A DNA stretch of 64,000 nt from a bacterium (lineage in GTDB: Bacteria > Zhuqueibacterota > Zhuqueibacteria > Residuimicrobiales > Krinioviventaceae), in contig CAXXMD010000003.1 in NCBI GenBank assembly GCA_963675755.2, forward strand, positions 1,696,001 through 1,760,000. Reading direction: 5' to 3'. A program made the translations under genes and the position numbers. Positions 10,183 through 20,525 of the stretch are shown here, one piece after another. The notes beneath the pieces were generated by a model. That model was not told the DNA's origin. It worked only from the letters and a program-made list of their open reading frames with translations, and did no database searches. How positions within the stretch are numbered: the stretch's first letter is position 1; each line of letters opens with the position of its first letter.

Positions 10183-11967
10183 ATGAGAATTAAATCCATT
10201 TTCTCGATCATGCTCGTCATCCTGCTTGGCGCATCTATATTGCCTTTGGGTGCTGTCACCATAGTGGATGATTTTAACCGGGCTTCATTAGGATCAAACT
10301 GGTCTGCTGATCCCGAATATGCTATTGTAAGTAATACATTGTCAAACACTTCAACCGTTGGTTCCTGGGAATATGTTGCTGTATATACAGCCCAGGCAAG
10401 TCCTTCTGAAGTATCTATGACATTTGCTTCTACCGCTACAACAGCAGGTGCAAACGCATCTGGTCTTTGTATGTTCTTGTCTTCTTCAAACGTATCAAAT
10501 GCTGAAGGTTACATGGTAATGCGTCGTAATGAATACCTGTACCTGCTTCCTGTTGTAAATGGTGATGTAATTCGCGAGACTGAAATTGCCAAAGTTACAG
10601 CTACACTTACTTCACCAACTGCTGGTGACAAGATTACGGTTGCTGCATCATCTGACGCTAGCGGTTACCACTTTGATTTTTATATCAATGGTAATTTAGA
10701 CGGTCGTGTTACGGATGCCGGCAAATTGTACGGAAACAGCTATTTCTATTATTCCGGTGTTGCTCTTTTTGGTAATTCAAGCAATAATGTTGATGATTTT
10801 ACACTCCGTGCAGAAACAATCGATGTTACTTCACCTTCAGGTGGAGAAGTTTGGTTGGTTGGTTCTACTGAAACTATTTCCTGGGATATTTCCGAATTTT
10901 CTGATGATGTTCAGATTGAATATTCTACAGATAGCGGCGCAACCTGGAACGATATTGTTTCTTCTACAACCAATACCGGTACATATGCATGGACTATTCC
11001 TAATGCTCCCTCTGAGAACTGTCTTGTAAGAGTTTCTGATGCTGCTGATGGTGTTCCGTGGGGCATTAGTACAGCTACTTTCCAAATTACCGCAGAAGTT
11101 CAAACAGTAACGGTTACCAGTCCTAACGGTGGCGAAACATGGGCATCAAGCTCTGTTCATGAAATTACCTGGACCTCTGAAGGTACAATTGCAAATGTTG
11201 CAATCTCTTATTCAACTGATAGCGGAGCCAACTGGAGCTCTATTGTTGCCAGCACACCGAATGATGGTAGCTACTCTTGGACAGTTCCAACAGTTACTAC
11301 TGCTGCAGCGTTAATCAGGGTTCAAGATACTGATGCAACCCCAACTGATCAGAGTGATGCAGTATTTAATATTTCATCTTCTCAGGTTGTATTGTCAGTA
11401 CAGAGCGGTAGTGGTGAACAAGATGAAGATGTAACAATCAATGTTTTGCTTGAAAACCAGGTTCCTATTCGTGGTGTATTGTTCCGTTTGACAGACACTC
11501 CTAACGAATTGACTGCAACAGATGTGCTTGGTGTTGGCCGTGCATCTACTTTTGATGTAACTTTTGATGAATCTGGAACTTATGTACAGGTTCTGATAGC
11601 CAATACAACATCATTTACTTCTATTGCTGCAGGCTCAGGCGCTATTGCTCAAATTAATTTCCACATTGATGCTGGTGTTACTTATGGTACAACATCATCT
11701 TTGACTTTTTCAAATGTAGCATTGTCTGATGACAACAACCAGGCCGTTGTTCCTTCACTGGTTTCCGGTTTGTTCCATTACGTTCTTACCGGTGATATTG
11801 TACCTACTGGTACTGTTGACAACGATGATATCGATCGTATGGCTGAAATCATTTTGGGAACCGGAGATCCGGCGACTGATATTGAACGTTTGGCTGGTGA
11901 TATTGATCAGGACGGTGACATTGATGTTTACGATGCGCTTGCAGTAGTAGATTTGGCTAATCCATAA
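10183..11967 (+). CDS. Secreted protein: beta-sandwich domain, two Ser/Thr-rich Ig-like repeats, cohesin, C-terminal dockerin
   Basis: Signal peptide; two repeats VTSP.GGE.W...S...I.W...YSTDSGA.W..I...T.N.G.Y.W; cohesin-like LENQVPIRGVLFRL; terminal GDIVPTGTVDNDD / GDIDQDGDIDVYD; no YPNPF tail. Confidence 0.8.
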   Translation: MRIKSIFSIMLVILLGASILPLGAVTIVDDFNRASLGSNWSADPEYAIVSNTLSNTSTVGSWEYVAVYTAQASPSEVSMTFASTATTAGANASGLCMFLSSSNVSNAEGYMVMRRNEYLYLLPVVNGDVIRETEIAKVTATLTSPTAGDKITVAASSDASGYHFDFYINGNLDGRVTDAGKLYGNSYFYYSGVALFGNSSNNVDDFTLRAETIDVTSPSGGEVWLVGSTETISWDISEFSDDVQIEYSTDSGATWNDIVSSTTNTGTYAWTIPNAPSENCLVRVSDAADGVPWGISTATFQITAEVQTVTVTSPNGGETWASSSVHEITWTSEGTIANVAISYSTDSGANWSSIVASTPNDGSYSWTVPTVTTAAALIRVQDTDATPTDQSDAVFNISSSQVVLSVQSGSGEQDEDVTINVLLENQVPIRGVLFRLTDTPNELTATDVLGVGRASTFDVTFDESGTYVQVLIANTTSFTSIAAGSGAIAQINFHIDAGVTYGTTSSLTFSNVALSDDNNQAVVPSLVSGLFHYVLTGDIVPTGTVDNDDIDRMAEIILGTGDPATDIERLAGDIDQDGDIDVYDALAVVDLANP

Positions 11968-11991
11968 TAGATTAATGAATAGATGAATTTG

Positions 11992-12017
11992 GGGAGCAGT
12001 AAGTAAGTGCTGCTCCC
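11992..12017 (+). other. Intergenic stem-loop (mRNA-stabilising hairpin or weak terminator)
   Basis: GGGAGCAGTA-agtaag-TGCTGCTCCC, followed by ATATAT rather than a U-tract. Confidence 0.6.
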
Positions 12018-12060
12018 ATATATATTAACCAATCAATTTTAAATTGTTTTGGGGTGAGAG

Positions 12061-12846
12061 ATGAAAGTTTACAAGATACTGATTTTATTAATGATTGCTG
12101 CAGGCAGCGTCTTTGCAGGAGTCAACTCGTTAAGTTTAAGTAACGGAAGCGGTACACCCGGAAGTGTTGGTAATTTGGTGTCACTGAATCTTACAAATGA
12201 AGATACAATACGGGGTATTCAATTCCGTTTAATAGATAATAGCGATTATTTGACAGTTGATTCTGTTTGGACAGAAAACATTCAGAGATCTCAAGTGTTC
12301 TCTTATAACTATTATTCTGAAATAAACACATCGGAAATTCTTTTATTACAAAGTAAAACCAGAACCATTGAGCCACAAACAGGTAATATTCTTTATATCA
12401 CCTATAGTGTGTCTGAGGATGCACCAGCCGGTCAGGAATATGAATTAATCTTTGAAGAGGTTACTGTTTCTGATGTTGATAATAAAAAATTACCTTACAC
12501 CCTGTCTAACAGTAGTTTTTTAATTAAAACGATTGATACAGGCATTAATGATGGTTCCAAAACCGTTACACAATTTGAACTTGCACAAAACTATCCCAAT
12601 CCGTTTAATCCCAATACACGTATTCAGTACAGTATTGCTGCTGCTGAACATGTAAAGTTGGAGATCTTTAATGCATTGGGACAAAAAGTACGCTCTCTGG
12701 TAGACCAGCCCATGCAAGCCGGAAAGTATAGTGTAATGTGGAATGGTATGAATGACAAAGGATTTCAGGTACCTTCAGGAGTATATTTTTACAGCATTCA
12801 CGCTGGAGATTTTAAAGATACTAAATCTTTAACCTTGATGAAGTAA
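12061..12846 (+). CDS. Secreted single-cohesin protein with FlgD-Ig/T9SS-type C-terminal domain
   Basis: Signal peptide; LTNEDTIRGIQFRLID aligns with the cohesin-like domains of the two upstream genes; tail LAQNYPNPFNP...WNGMNDKG..VPSGVYFY. Confidence 0.8.
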   Translation: MKVYKILILLMIAAGSVFAGVNSLSLSNGSGTPGSVGNLVSLNLTNEDTIRGIQFRLIDNSDYLTVDSVWTENIQRSQVFSYNYYSEINTSEILLLQSKTRTIEPQTGNILYITYSVSEDAPAGQEYELIFEEVTVSDVDNKKLPYTLSNSSFLIKTIDTGINDGSKTVTQFELAQNYPNPFNPNTRIQYSIAAAEHVKLEIFNALGQKVRSLVDQPMQAGKYSVMWNGMNDKGFQVPSGVYFYSIHAGDFKDTKSLTLMK

Positions 12847-12850
12847 ATTT

Positions 12851-12880
12851 AGCCCGGTGATAGTGAATCATCGGGCTTTA
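12851..12880. terminator. Hairpin between convergent genes, probable bidirectional terminator
   Basis: AGCCCGGTGAT-agtga-ATCATCGGGCT with A/T-rich flanks, located between two stop codons. Confidence 0.7.
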
Positions 12881-13693
12881 TTATTTAGACAGGGTTGATT
12901 TCAATGTAGTAAATTCCGGGGTGTTTTCTACAAGAGATGATGTTATAACTAGCTTGTCAATATCCTGATTGATATTTGCCATCCTGCGCTCTGGAAAGGG
13001 ATGTGTTTTTTGTAAAAGAGCAACAAGACTGGGGCTGTTTACGATAGCCGTTTTTATGTTATCCAGATATTTTACAACACCTTTAGGATTATAGTTTGCA
13101 CGAAAAACGTATTCAATGGCTTTTTCATCTGCCGCTAGTTCAGATTCTCGGGAATAGTTTAATATTGATTCGTTTGTAGACAGTTTTTCAATAATTTGCA
13201 GTGTAATTTCCGGATTATATCCCAACACACTCTGAGCTGCAAATGCATACGGATACATGCTGTAAATTCGCAAAAGTCCGTCCCGGGCAGAGATATGGGC
13301 GATTTCATGAGCAATTACAAATGCTATTTCGTTCAGATTTTGAGATGCTTCAATCAAGCCCCGGTAAATATAAATATGACCTCCCGGAAAAGAAAAGTGG
13401 TTCAAATCCGGTTTGTCAACAATATATACCTGACAATCAAAACTTTGGACTTCAGCATACTTGCTCAGACTATCTGCAATGACGTTCAGGTATTGAACCA
13501 GCGGCTCGTTATTCACCAGAGTGGTGTTTGCATTGTATTCCTTTGAAAGTTCTGTACCCATAAATATTTCTTCAGATACCGGAACAAATCCGGGTAATGA
13601 AGATGTGTCTTGATTTGTACCTGCGCAGGAAAAGGTTAAAACAGCAGCTGTTGTTAGCGCTGCAAAAAGGATTAATGTTCTTTTTATTTTCAT
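12881..13693 (-). CDS. M48-family zinc metallopeptidase lipoprotein (BepA/LoiP-like)
   Basis: Lipobox TFSC; N.F..PGG.IY; HEIAH; YSRESE..AD; THP. Confidence 0.85.
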   Translation of the reverse strand: MKIKRTLILFAALTTAAVLTFSCAGTNQDTSSLPGFVPVSEEIFMGTELSKEYNANTTLVNNEPLVQYLNVIADSLSKYAEVQSFDCQVYIVDKPDLNHFSFPGGHIYIYRGLIEASQNLNEIAFVIAHEIAHISARDGLLRIYSMYPYAFAAQSVLGYNPEITLQIIEKLSTNESILNYSRESELAADEKAIEYVFRANYNPKGVVKYLDNIKTAIVNSPSLVALLQKTHPFPERRMANINQDIDKLVITSSLVENTPEFTTLKSTLSK

Positions 13694-13697
13694 ATTG

Positions 13698-15716
<2,019 letters not shown>

Positions 15717-15770
15717 TCAGTTTGATTTGCAGAGTTAATAAATAAAAAAACAGAGACAATTTCAACCTAT

Positions 15771-16685
15771 TTATTTGCCGCGTTTAAACACTTTACCGAT
15801 TAATGCTTTAATAATATACATGGCTATTTTAGGATTCTCTTTAAGCCGGCGCATGGAATAAGCATACCATTTTACTCCATAAGGAACATAAACTCGCAGC
15901 ACATGTCCTTCATCGATAAGGATTTTACGCAACTCTTCTTCCACACCCAAAAGCATTTGAAATTCGTAATCGTCATGTTCAAGACCAAGCTGATCGATTA
16001 ATTCAAGGGTTTCCCATACAATCTGTTCGTCATGTGTGGCAACCCCCACATAGCACGAAGTGGAAAGCGCTTTGTAAAGCAAATAGCCAAAATTCTGGTT
16101 TACAATTCTGGGATCTTTGAATGCATGTGCACGGGGTTCGTTGTAAATACCTTTGCACAATCTGAAATTTGTACCCAGACCAATCAGATCATTTATGTCA
16201 GCAACACTGCGACGCAAGTAGGCTTGCAATACAATGCCAACATTATCAAATTCACTTTCCAATCTTTTGAATAGCGCAATAGTGTCTGATGTGCAGGTAA
16301 CATCTTCCATGTCAATACGCACAAAGATATCCAGTGATTTTGCCTTTTCAACAATTATCTTGATGTTTTGATAACATGCTTCTTTGTCAATCAAGAGTCC
16401 TAGTTGAGTAGGTTTGAGAGAAATGTTACAGTTTAGGTTTTCGGTGATGATGGTGTCTAGAACGGTTAGGTATTCGGTAACTGCTGCTTTGCACTCGTCA
16501 AGTTCTTTTGCGCTTTCCCCCAGAACATCCATTGTACAGACGGCACCCTGAGAATTGAGGTCTTTGACGGCAACGACCGCATCCTTGAGGTGAGGACCCG
16601 CAACATATGGTTTGGATACAATACGGACTATAGGTTTGGGAACAAGAGGCATTAACCTGACGATGAGATGATGAAGAATCTGCAT
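15771..16685 (-). CDS. Monofunctional proline dehydrogenase
   Basis: Motifs ISLKPTQLG, RIDMED, LQAYL.R, RLCKGIY.E, ATHD, EFQMLLG, RVYVPYG..WY.Y.MRRL.E. ATG 16685 follows GAGGTG. Confidence 0.93.
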   Translation of the reverse strand: MQILHHLIVRLMPLVPKPIVRIVSKPYVAGPHLKDAVVAVKDLNSQGAVCTMDVLGESAKELDECKAAVTEYLTVLDTIITENLNCNISLKPTQLGLLIDKEACYQNIKIIVEKAKSLDIFVRIDMEDVTCTSDTIALFKRLESEFDNVGIVLQAYLRRSVADINDLIGLGTNFRLCKGIYNEPRAHAFKDPRIVNQNFGYLLYKALSTSCYVGVATHDEQIVWETLELIDQLGLEHDDYEFQMLLGVEEELRKILIDEGHVLRVYVPYGVKWYAYSMRRLKENPKIAMYIIKALIGKVFKRGK

Positions 16686-16724
16686 TATACGCACCTCATA
16701 TTTCTACAGGAAAGGAATATTCCA

Positions 16725-16753
16725 AACATACACGATTTTTAATTCAGAGTCAA
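16725..16753 (-). promoter_or_regulatory. Candidate sigma70 promoter for proline dehydrogenase
   Basis: Minus strand TTGACT-N17-TATGTT. Confidence 0.45.
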
Positions 16754-16818
16754 GAAAAATCCCGGATCATTTGGCTGTTTTGAGCGTTAGATTGAAAAAA
16801 GTGAATGAAAACTTTTTA

Positions 16819-16847
16819 TTGATTTTGTACCCTAAATGCGTTATATT
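16819..16847 (+). promoter_or_regulatory. Candidate sigma70 promoter for parAB
   Basis: TTGATT-N17-TATATT, 36 nt upstream of the parA ATG. Confidence 0.5.
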
Positions 16848-16883
16848 TTAATTTCTTAAGAATAATGGAGAACACCTGAATAA

Positions 16884-17663
16884 ATGGGCAAAATAATATC
16901 AATAGCAAATCAAAAAGGAGGGGTTGGCAAAACAACAACCTCTGTGAATCTGGCTGCCTGCCTTGCGGTAGCTGAATTCAATACATTGCTTGTTGATATG
17001 GACCCACAGGCTAATAGTGTCAGTGGTTTGGGCTTTAATTCCAAAGATATGAGCAAAACCATATATGACGCAATTATAAATGAAGACAAGCCTCAGGATA
17101 TAATTATTGATACAGAGCTTGATTATTTAAAGCTCTTGCCATCGTCAATCAACCTGGTTGGCGCTGAAGTTGAACTGGTATCTGCAATTTCACGCGAGCA
17201 CAAATTAAAGCAAGCGTTAAAGCAGATAAAAGATGACTTTGATTATATCTTGATTGATTGTCCACCCTCATTGGGTTTATTGACAGTTAATGCATTAACA
17301 GCATCGGATTCTGTGTTGATCCCTATCCAGTGTGAATATTATGCTTTGGAAGGATTGGGTCAACTGTTAAACACTATACGTTTGGTGCAAAAGCACTTGA
17401 ATAAAGAGCTAGAGATAGAAGGTGTGTTATTGACGATGTACGATTCTCGCCTGAATCTATCACGCCAGGTTGCAGAAGATGTACGAAAATATTTTGATGG
17501 ACGAGTGTTTAATTCCATAATTACCCGAAATGTACGGTTAAGCGAAGCACCCAGCTTTGGTAAGCCAATTATTTTGTATGATGCTGTTTCCGCAGGAAGT
17601 GAGAACTATATGGGTTTGGCTGAGGAAATAATAAAACATGGCGAACAGAAAAGCGCTGGGTAG
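16884..17663 (+). CDS. parA: Chromosome partitioning ATPase ParA/Soj
   Basis: NQKGGVGKTTT, D.DPQAN, IDCPPSLG, QCEYYALEG, RNVRLSEAPSFG. Confidence 0.97.
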   Translation: MGKIISIANQKGGVGKTTTSVNLAACLAVAEFNTLLVDMDPQANSVSGLGFNSKDMSKTIYDAIINEDKPQDIIIDTELDYLKLLPSSINLVGAEVELVSAISREHKLKQALKQIKDDFDYILIDCPPSLGLLTVNALTASDSVLIPIQCEYYALEGLGQLLNTIRLVQKHLNKELEIEGVLLTMYDSRLNLSRQVAEDVRKYFDGRVFNSIITRNVRLSEAPSFGKPIILYDAVSAGSENYMGLAEEIIKHGEQKSAG

Positions 17664-18531
17664 AGGTTTACAGGCGCTGATACCAGATGCGCCTCCGGCT
17701 GAAAGCCCGGAACAACAGCAAGCACCGGCAGAAAGTACAAGTACCAGCAATATCCGGTTTATAGCGGTTTCAAAAGTATCTCCAAATCCGTTTCAACCCC
17801 GGGAGACTTTTGATCCTGTCAAACTGGAAGAGCTTCAGAATTCAATATCCGAAAAAGGTGTTGTACAGCCAATTACTGTACGTCCTTATGATGGCGCTTA
17901 TCAGTTGATTGCCGGAGAGCGGCGATTACGGGCAGTAACCGGTTTGGGTATTGAAGAAATTCCTGCTTACATCCTTGAAATTGACAGCGATGAAGAAATG
18001 ATGGAGTTGTCTATCATTGAGAATATTCATCGCGAAGATTTGAATCCTATAGATATTGCTCACAGTTATCAGCGTTTAATCAAAGAATGTAATCTAACTC
18101 AGGAAGTTGTTGCCCAAAAAGTGGGTAAAGACCGGGCTACAGTTGCAAACTTTTTAAGACTGCTGAAATTACCCAAACTTATCCAGGAAAGTGCCCGTTC
18201 AGGAGATTTATCTATGGGGCATGCAAAAGCTTTGTTGGCGTTGAATGACAAAGAAGATCAGCTTGCCATATGGAAAAAAATTCTTAATGAGGGTCTTTCT
18301 GTCCGTAATACGGAAAAAATGGCCAGGGATGCTGCGAATCCCATCAAAAAAGAAAAGAAAACCGCTCCAACCAAAAAAGATTATTATCTGGAGGAGATGG
18401 AAAATAAATTACGCATCAAGCTTGCAACGAAGGTAAATATTAAACCACGAGCTAAAGGCGGCGTAATCGAATTAGAGTATTATGATAGTGATGATCTTGA
18501 CCGCCTGGTCAACGTTATAAATGAAGATTGA
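17638..18531 (+). CDS. parB: Chromosome partitioning protein ParB/Spo0J
   Basis: N-terminal LGRGL.AL, PNP.QPR, arginine patch GERRLRA, HTH TQEVVAQKVGKDRATVAN. Confidence 0.97.
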   Translation: MANRKALGRGLQALIPDAPPAESPEQQQAPAESTSTSNIRFIAVSKVSPNPFQPRETFDPVKLEELQNSISEKGVVQPITVRPYDGAYQLIAGERRLRAVTGLGIEEIPAYILEIDSDEEMMELSIIENIHREDLNPIDIAHSYQRLIKECNLTQEVVAQKVGKDRATVANFLRLLKLPKLIQESARSGDLSMGHAKALLALNDKEDQLAIWKKILNEGLSVRNTEKMARDAANPIKKEKKTAPTKKDYYLEEMENKLRIKLATKVNIKPRAKGGVIELEYYDSDDLDRLVNVINED

Positions 18532-18539
18532 GATAATAT

Positions 18540-19442
18540 ATGAATAAAGCCAGAAAGCATCGCAAGTCTCTGCAAATCCTCGTTATCCCTGACGACAAGG
18601 ATGAGCCCAAGGCCTATAGTATATCCATTCGAAGATTAAAAGTACTGCAATTCCTGGCAGTTTTGCTGGTGTTGCATATTGTTGCCGGCGCAGTTTTTTA
18701 TTTTCAGTATTATCGAGTGTACAGTAAAAACAAAGAGTTGAGGCAGGTAAATCTTCAGCTCGAGGATAATAATAAAAGAATTTACGAGCTAATTGCCAAA
18801 TTTGAAGATCTTGAAAGCTCACAAACCAAGATTCGTGGCGCGTTAGGTCTGGATTATAATAATGGTACGGGTAATACTACTGTTTCAATACAGGAAGAGC
18901 TTTCTCCCGAAGTTGTTCCCAGTGTGGTGCCGGTTGTAAGAGAGGCACCAACTCCGGTTATGCGAGATATGTCTTCGACTCCAAAGACAACCGAGCGTTT
19001 TGGGCGATTAACCCGAACAAAAAAAATAATACATGACAATTTTGTAAAAAGTGTTCCCACATATCTTCCCGTACAAGGCGTGCTTAGCAATGATTATGAG
19101 TTCATGAATCAGAGTGGCAAGTCAAGTCACCGCGGCATAGATATTGCAGGTGAACGTGGGGCCCCAATTAAGGCTGCTGCTGATGGAATTGTGATTTTTG
19201 CAGGCTGGACCTATGATTTGGGCAATTTGGCAATTTTGTATCATGGCGGCGGATATTTTACCTATTATGGTCATAATCAGCAGCTATTGGTTGATAGAAA
19301 TTCTGTTGTGAGAAAAGGTGACAGTATTGCTCTACTGGGCAATTCAGGTATTAGTTCGGGACATCATTTGCATTTTGAAATATGGAAAGATGGCGTTTCA
19401 TTAGATCCGAAAGAATATCTGCTGGCGTTTGCAGATTATTAA
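18540..19442 (+). CDS. Membrane-anchored M23 peptidase
   Basis: Transmembrane helix, coiled coil, then HRGID and HHLHFE zinc motifs. Lies directly upstream of bactofilin. Confidence 0.9.
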   Translation: MNKARKHRKSLQILVIPDDKDEPKAYSISIRRLKVLQFLAVLLVLHIVAGAVFYFQYYRVYSKNKELRQVNLQLEDNNKRIYELIAKFEDLESSQTKIRGALGLDYNNGTGNTTVSIQEELSPEVVPSVVPVVREAPTPVMRDMSSTPKTTERFGRLTRTKKIIHDNFVKSVPTYLPVQGVLSNDYEFMNQSGKSSHRGIDIAGERGAPIKAAADGIVIFAGWTYDLGNLAILYHGGGYFTYYGHNQQLLVDRNSVVRKGDSIALLGNSGISSGHHLHFEIWKDGVSLDPKEYLLAFADY

Positions 19443-19484
19443 TAGATAATAATAATTAACCATTCATATATTTCTGGTAGGCTT

Positions 19485-19904
19485 ATGAAAAATTTAGACA
19501 AACCTGGTGAATTAAACACCATACTTGGAAAAGGCGCCTTGTTTGAAGGTGTCATCTCTGTGGAACACAGCCTGCGAGTAGACGGCCGTGTAAAAGGAGA
19601 TATCAAAACATCTGATACCCTGGTAGTCGGCAAAGAGGGTGAGATTGAAGGAAATGTAAAAGCCAAGAATTTGGTAGTTGGTGGAAAGTTGAGCGGAATT
19701 GTAGATGTAGACGGAAAAACCGTTCTTGAAAGCCGCTCCGAATTTCATGGTGACATGAAAACCCGAAAACTCGTAATTGACGAGGGTGCAACCTTTGATG
19801 GCAAATGTTCAATGCTTGGCGAAGAGAAAAAAGGTATTGACGTTCTAAAAAAGAACGATAATATAAACAAGATTGAACCAACATTTAAAGTGCAATCTCA
19901 TTAA
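19485..19904 (+). CDS. Bactofilin (CcmA family)
   Basis: TILGKGALFEG...LRVDG.V.G...L.IDEGA.FDGKC beta-helix pattern. Confidence 0.92.
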   Translation: MKNLDKPGELNTILGKGALFEGVISVEHSLRVDGRVKGDIKTSDTLVVGKEGEIEGNVKAKNLVVGGKLSGIVDVDGKTVLESRSEFHGDMKTRKLVIDEGATFDGKCSMLGEEKKGIDVLKKNDNINKIEPTFKVQSH

Positions 19905-19919
19905 GCACAGGTTTTATTC

Positions 19920-20138
19920 GTGAAGAACAATGTCGCCCGTTCGTTTGATTTAGGCTTGCAGTTAGCTGTGGCAATAGGTCTATGTACGTACGGGGGATAT
20001 TTTTTGGACAATAAATTAAATACTATGCCCCTGTTTTTGGTCCTCGGACTTTTGTTAGGAGCAACGGCAGGGTTTTTGAATGTTTACAAAGAGGTTTTCT
20101 CAAAAGACAACAAAAATGACAGCTCTAAAAAAAAATAG
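19920..20138 (+). CDS. atpZ: AtpZ/AtpI-family (ATPase gene 1) protein
   Basis: LG..L.......GY.LD..L.T.PLF...GL.LG..AGF; first gene of the atp cluster. Confidence 0.85.
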   Translation: MKNNVARSFDLGLQLAVAIGLCTYGGYFLDNKLNTMPLFLVLGLLLGATAGFLNVYKEVFSKDNKNDSSKKK

Positions 20139-20523
20139 TGACAGCCCATCTCTAGTCTGGTTCCTATTGTTAACTTTTGTAATATTTGTGTTGGGACAGG
20201 CGGGCTTGAATTTTTTTTCTGGCATTTCTGTTTTTAAATCCGTACTTTTAGGGTATCTAACCAGCGTCGTAAGTATTATAGCGGGTTATTATTCCTTGCA
20301 ATGGGCGTTTAACAAAAACGCCAAAACATTCTATATAGTTCTTTACGGCGGTATGGCTCTTCGATTTTTATTGTTTATTGCCATCATGTTTGTTCTTTAC
20401 TTATTTTTTCCCGAGTGGTCATTAATTGCATATGTAATATCCTTTGTGGTGTTTTACGTTTTAATGCAAATTTTTGAAATTAATATTATAAATCGTGAAC
20501 TGAAAAGGAATAAATTAGTCTGA
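20116..20523 (+). CDS. atpI: ATP synthase protein I-like four-TM protein
   Basis: Four hydrophobic segments with a G...R motif, positioned between atpZ and atpB. Start uncertain (20080 or 20116). Confidence 0.7.
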   Translation: MTALKKNSDSPSLVWFLLLTFVIFVLGQAGLNFFSGISVFKSVLLGYLTSVVSIIAGYYSLQWAFNKNAKTFYIVLYGGMALRFLLFIAIMFVLYLFFPEWSLIAYVISFVVFYVLMQIFEINIINRELKRNKLV

Positions 20524-20525
20524 TT

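Noticed and set aside
8719-12846. A true cellulosome
   Set aside because: No glycoside hydrolase, CBM3 or multi-cohesin scaffoldin is recognisable in the window.
16884-18531. parS sites or oriC near parAB
   Set aside because: I saw no TGTTNCACGTGAAACA palindrome or DnaA-box cluster by eye. TTTTTACGTGAACAA near 51022 is only a partial match inside lon.
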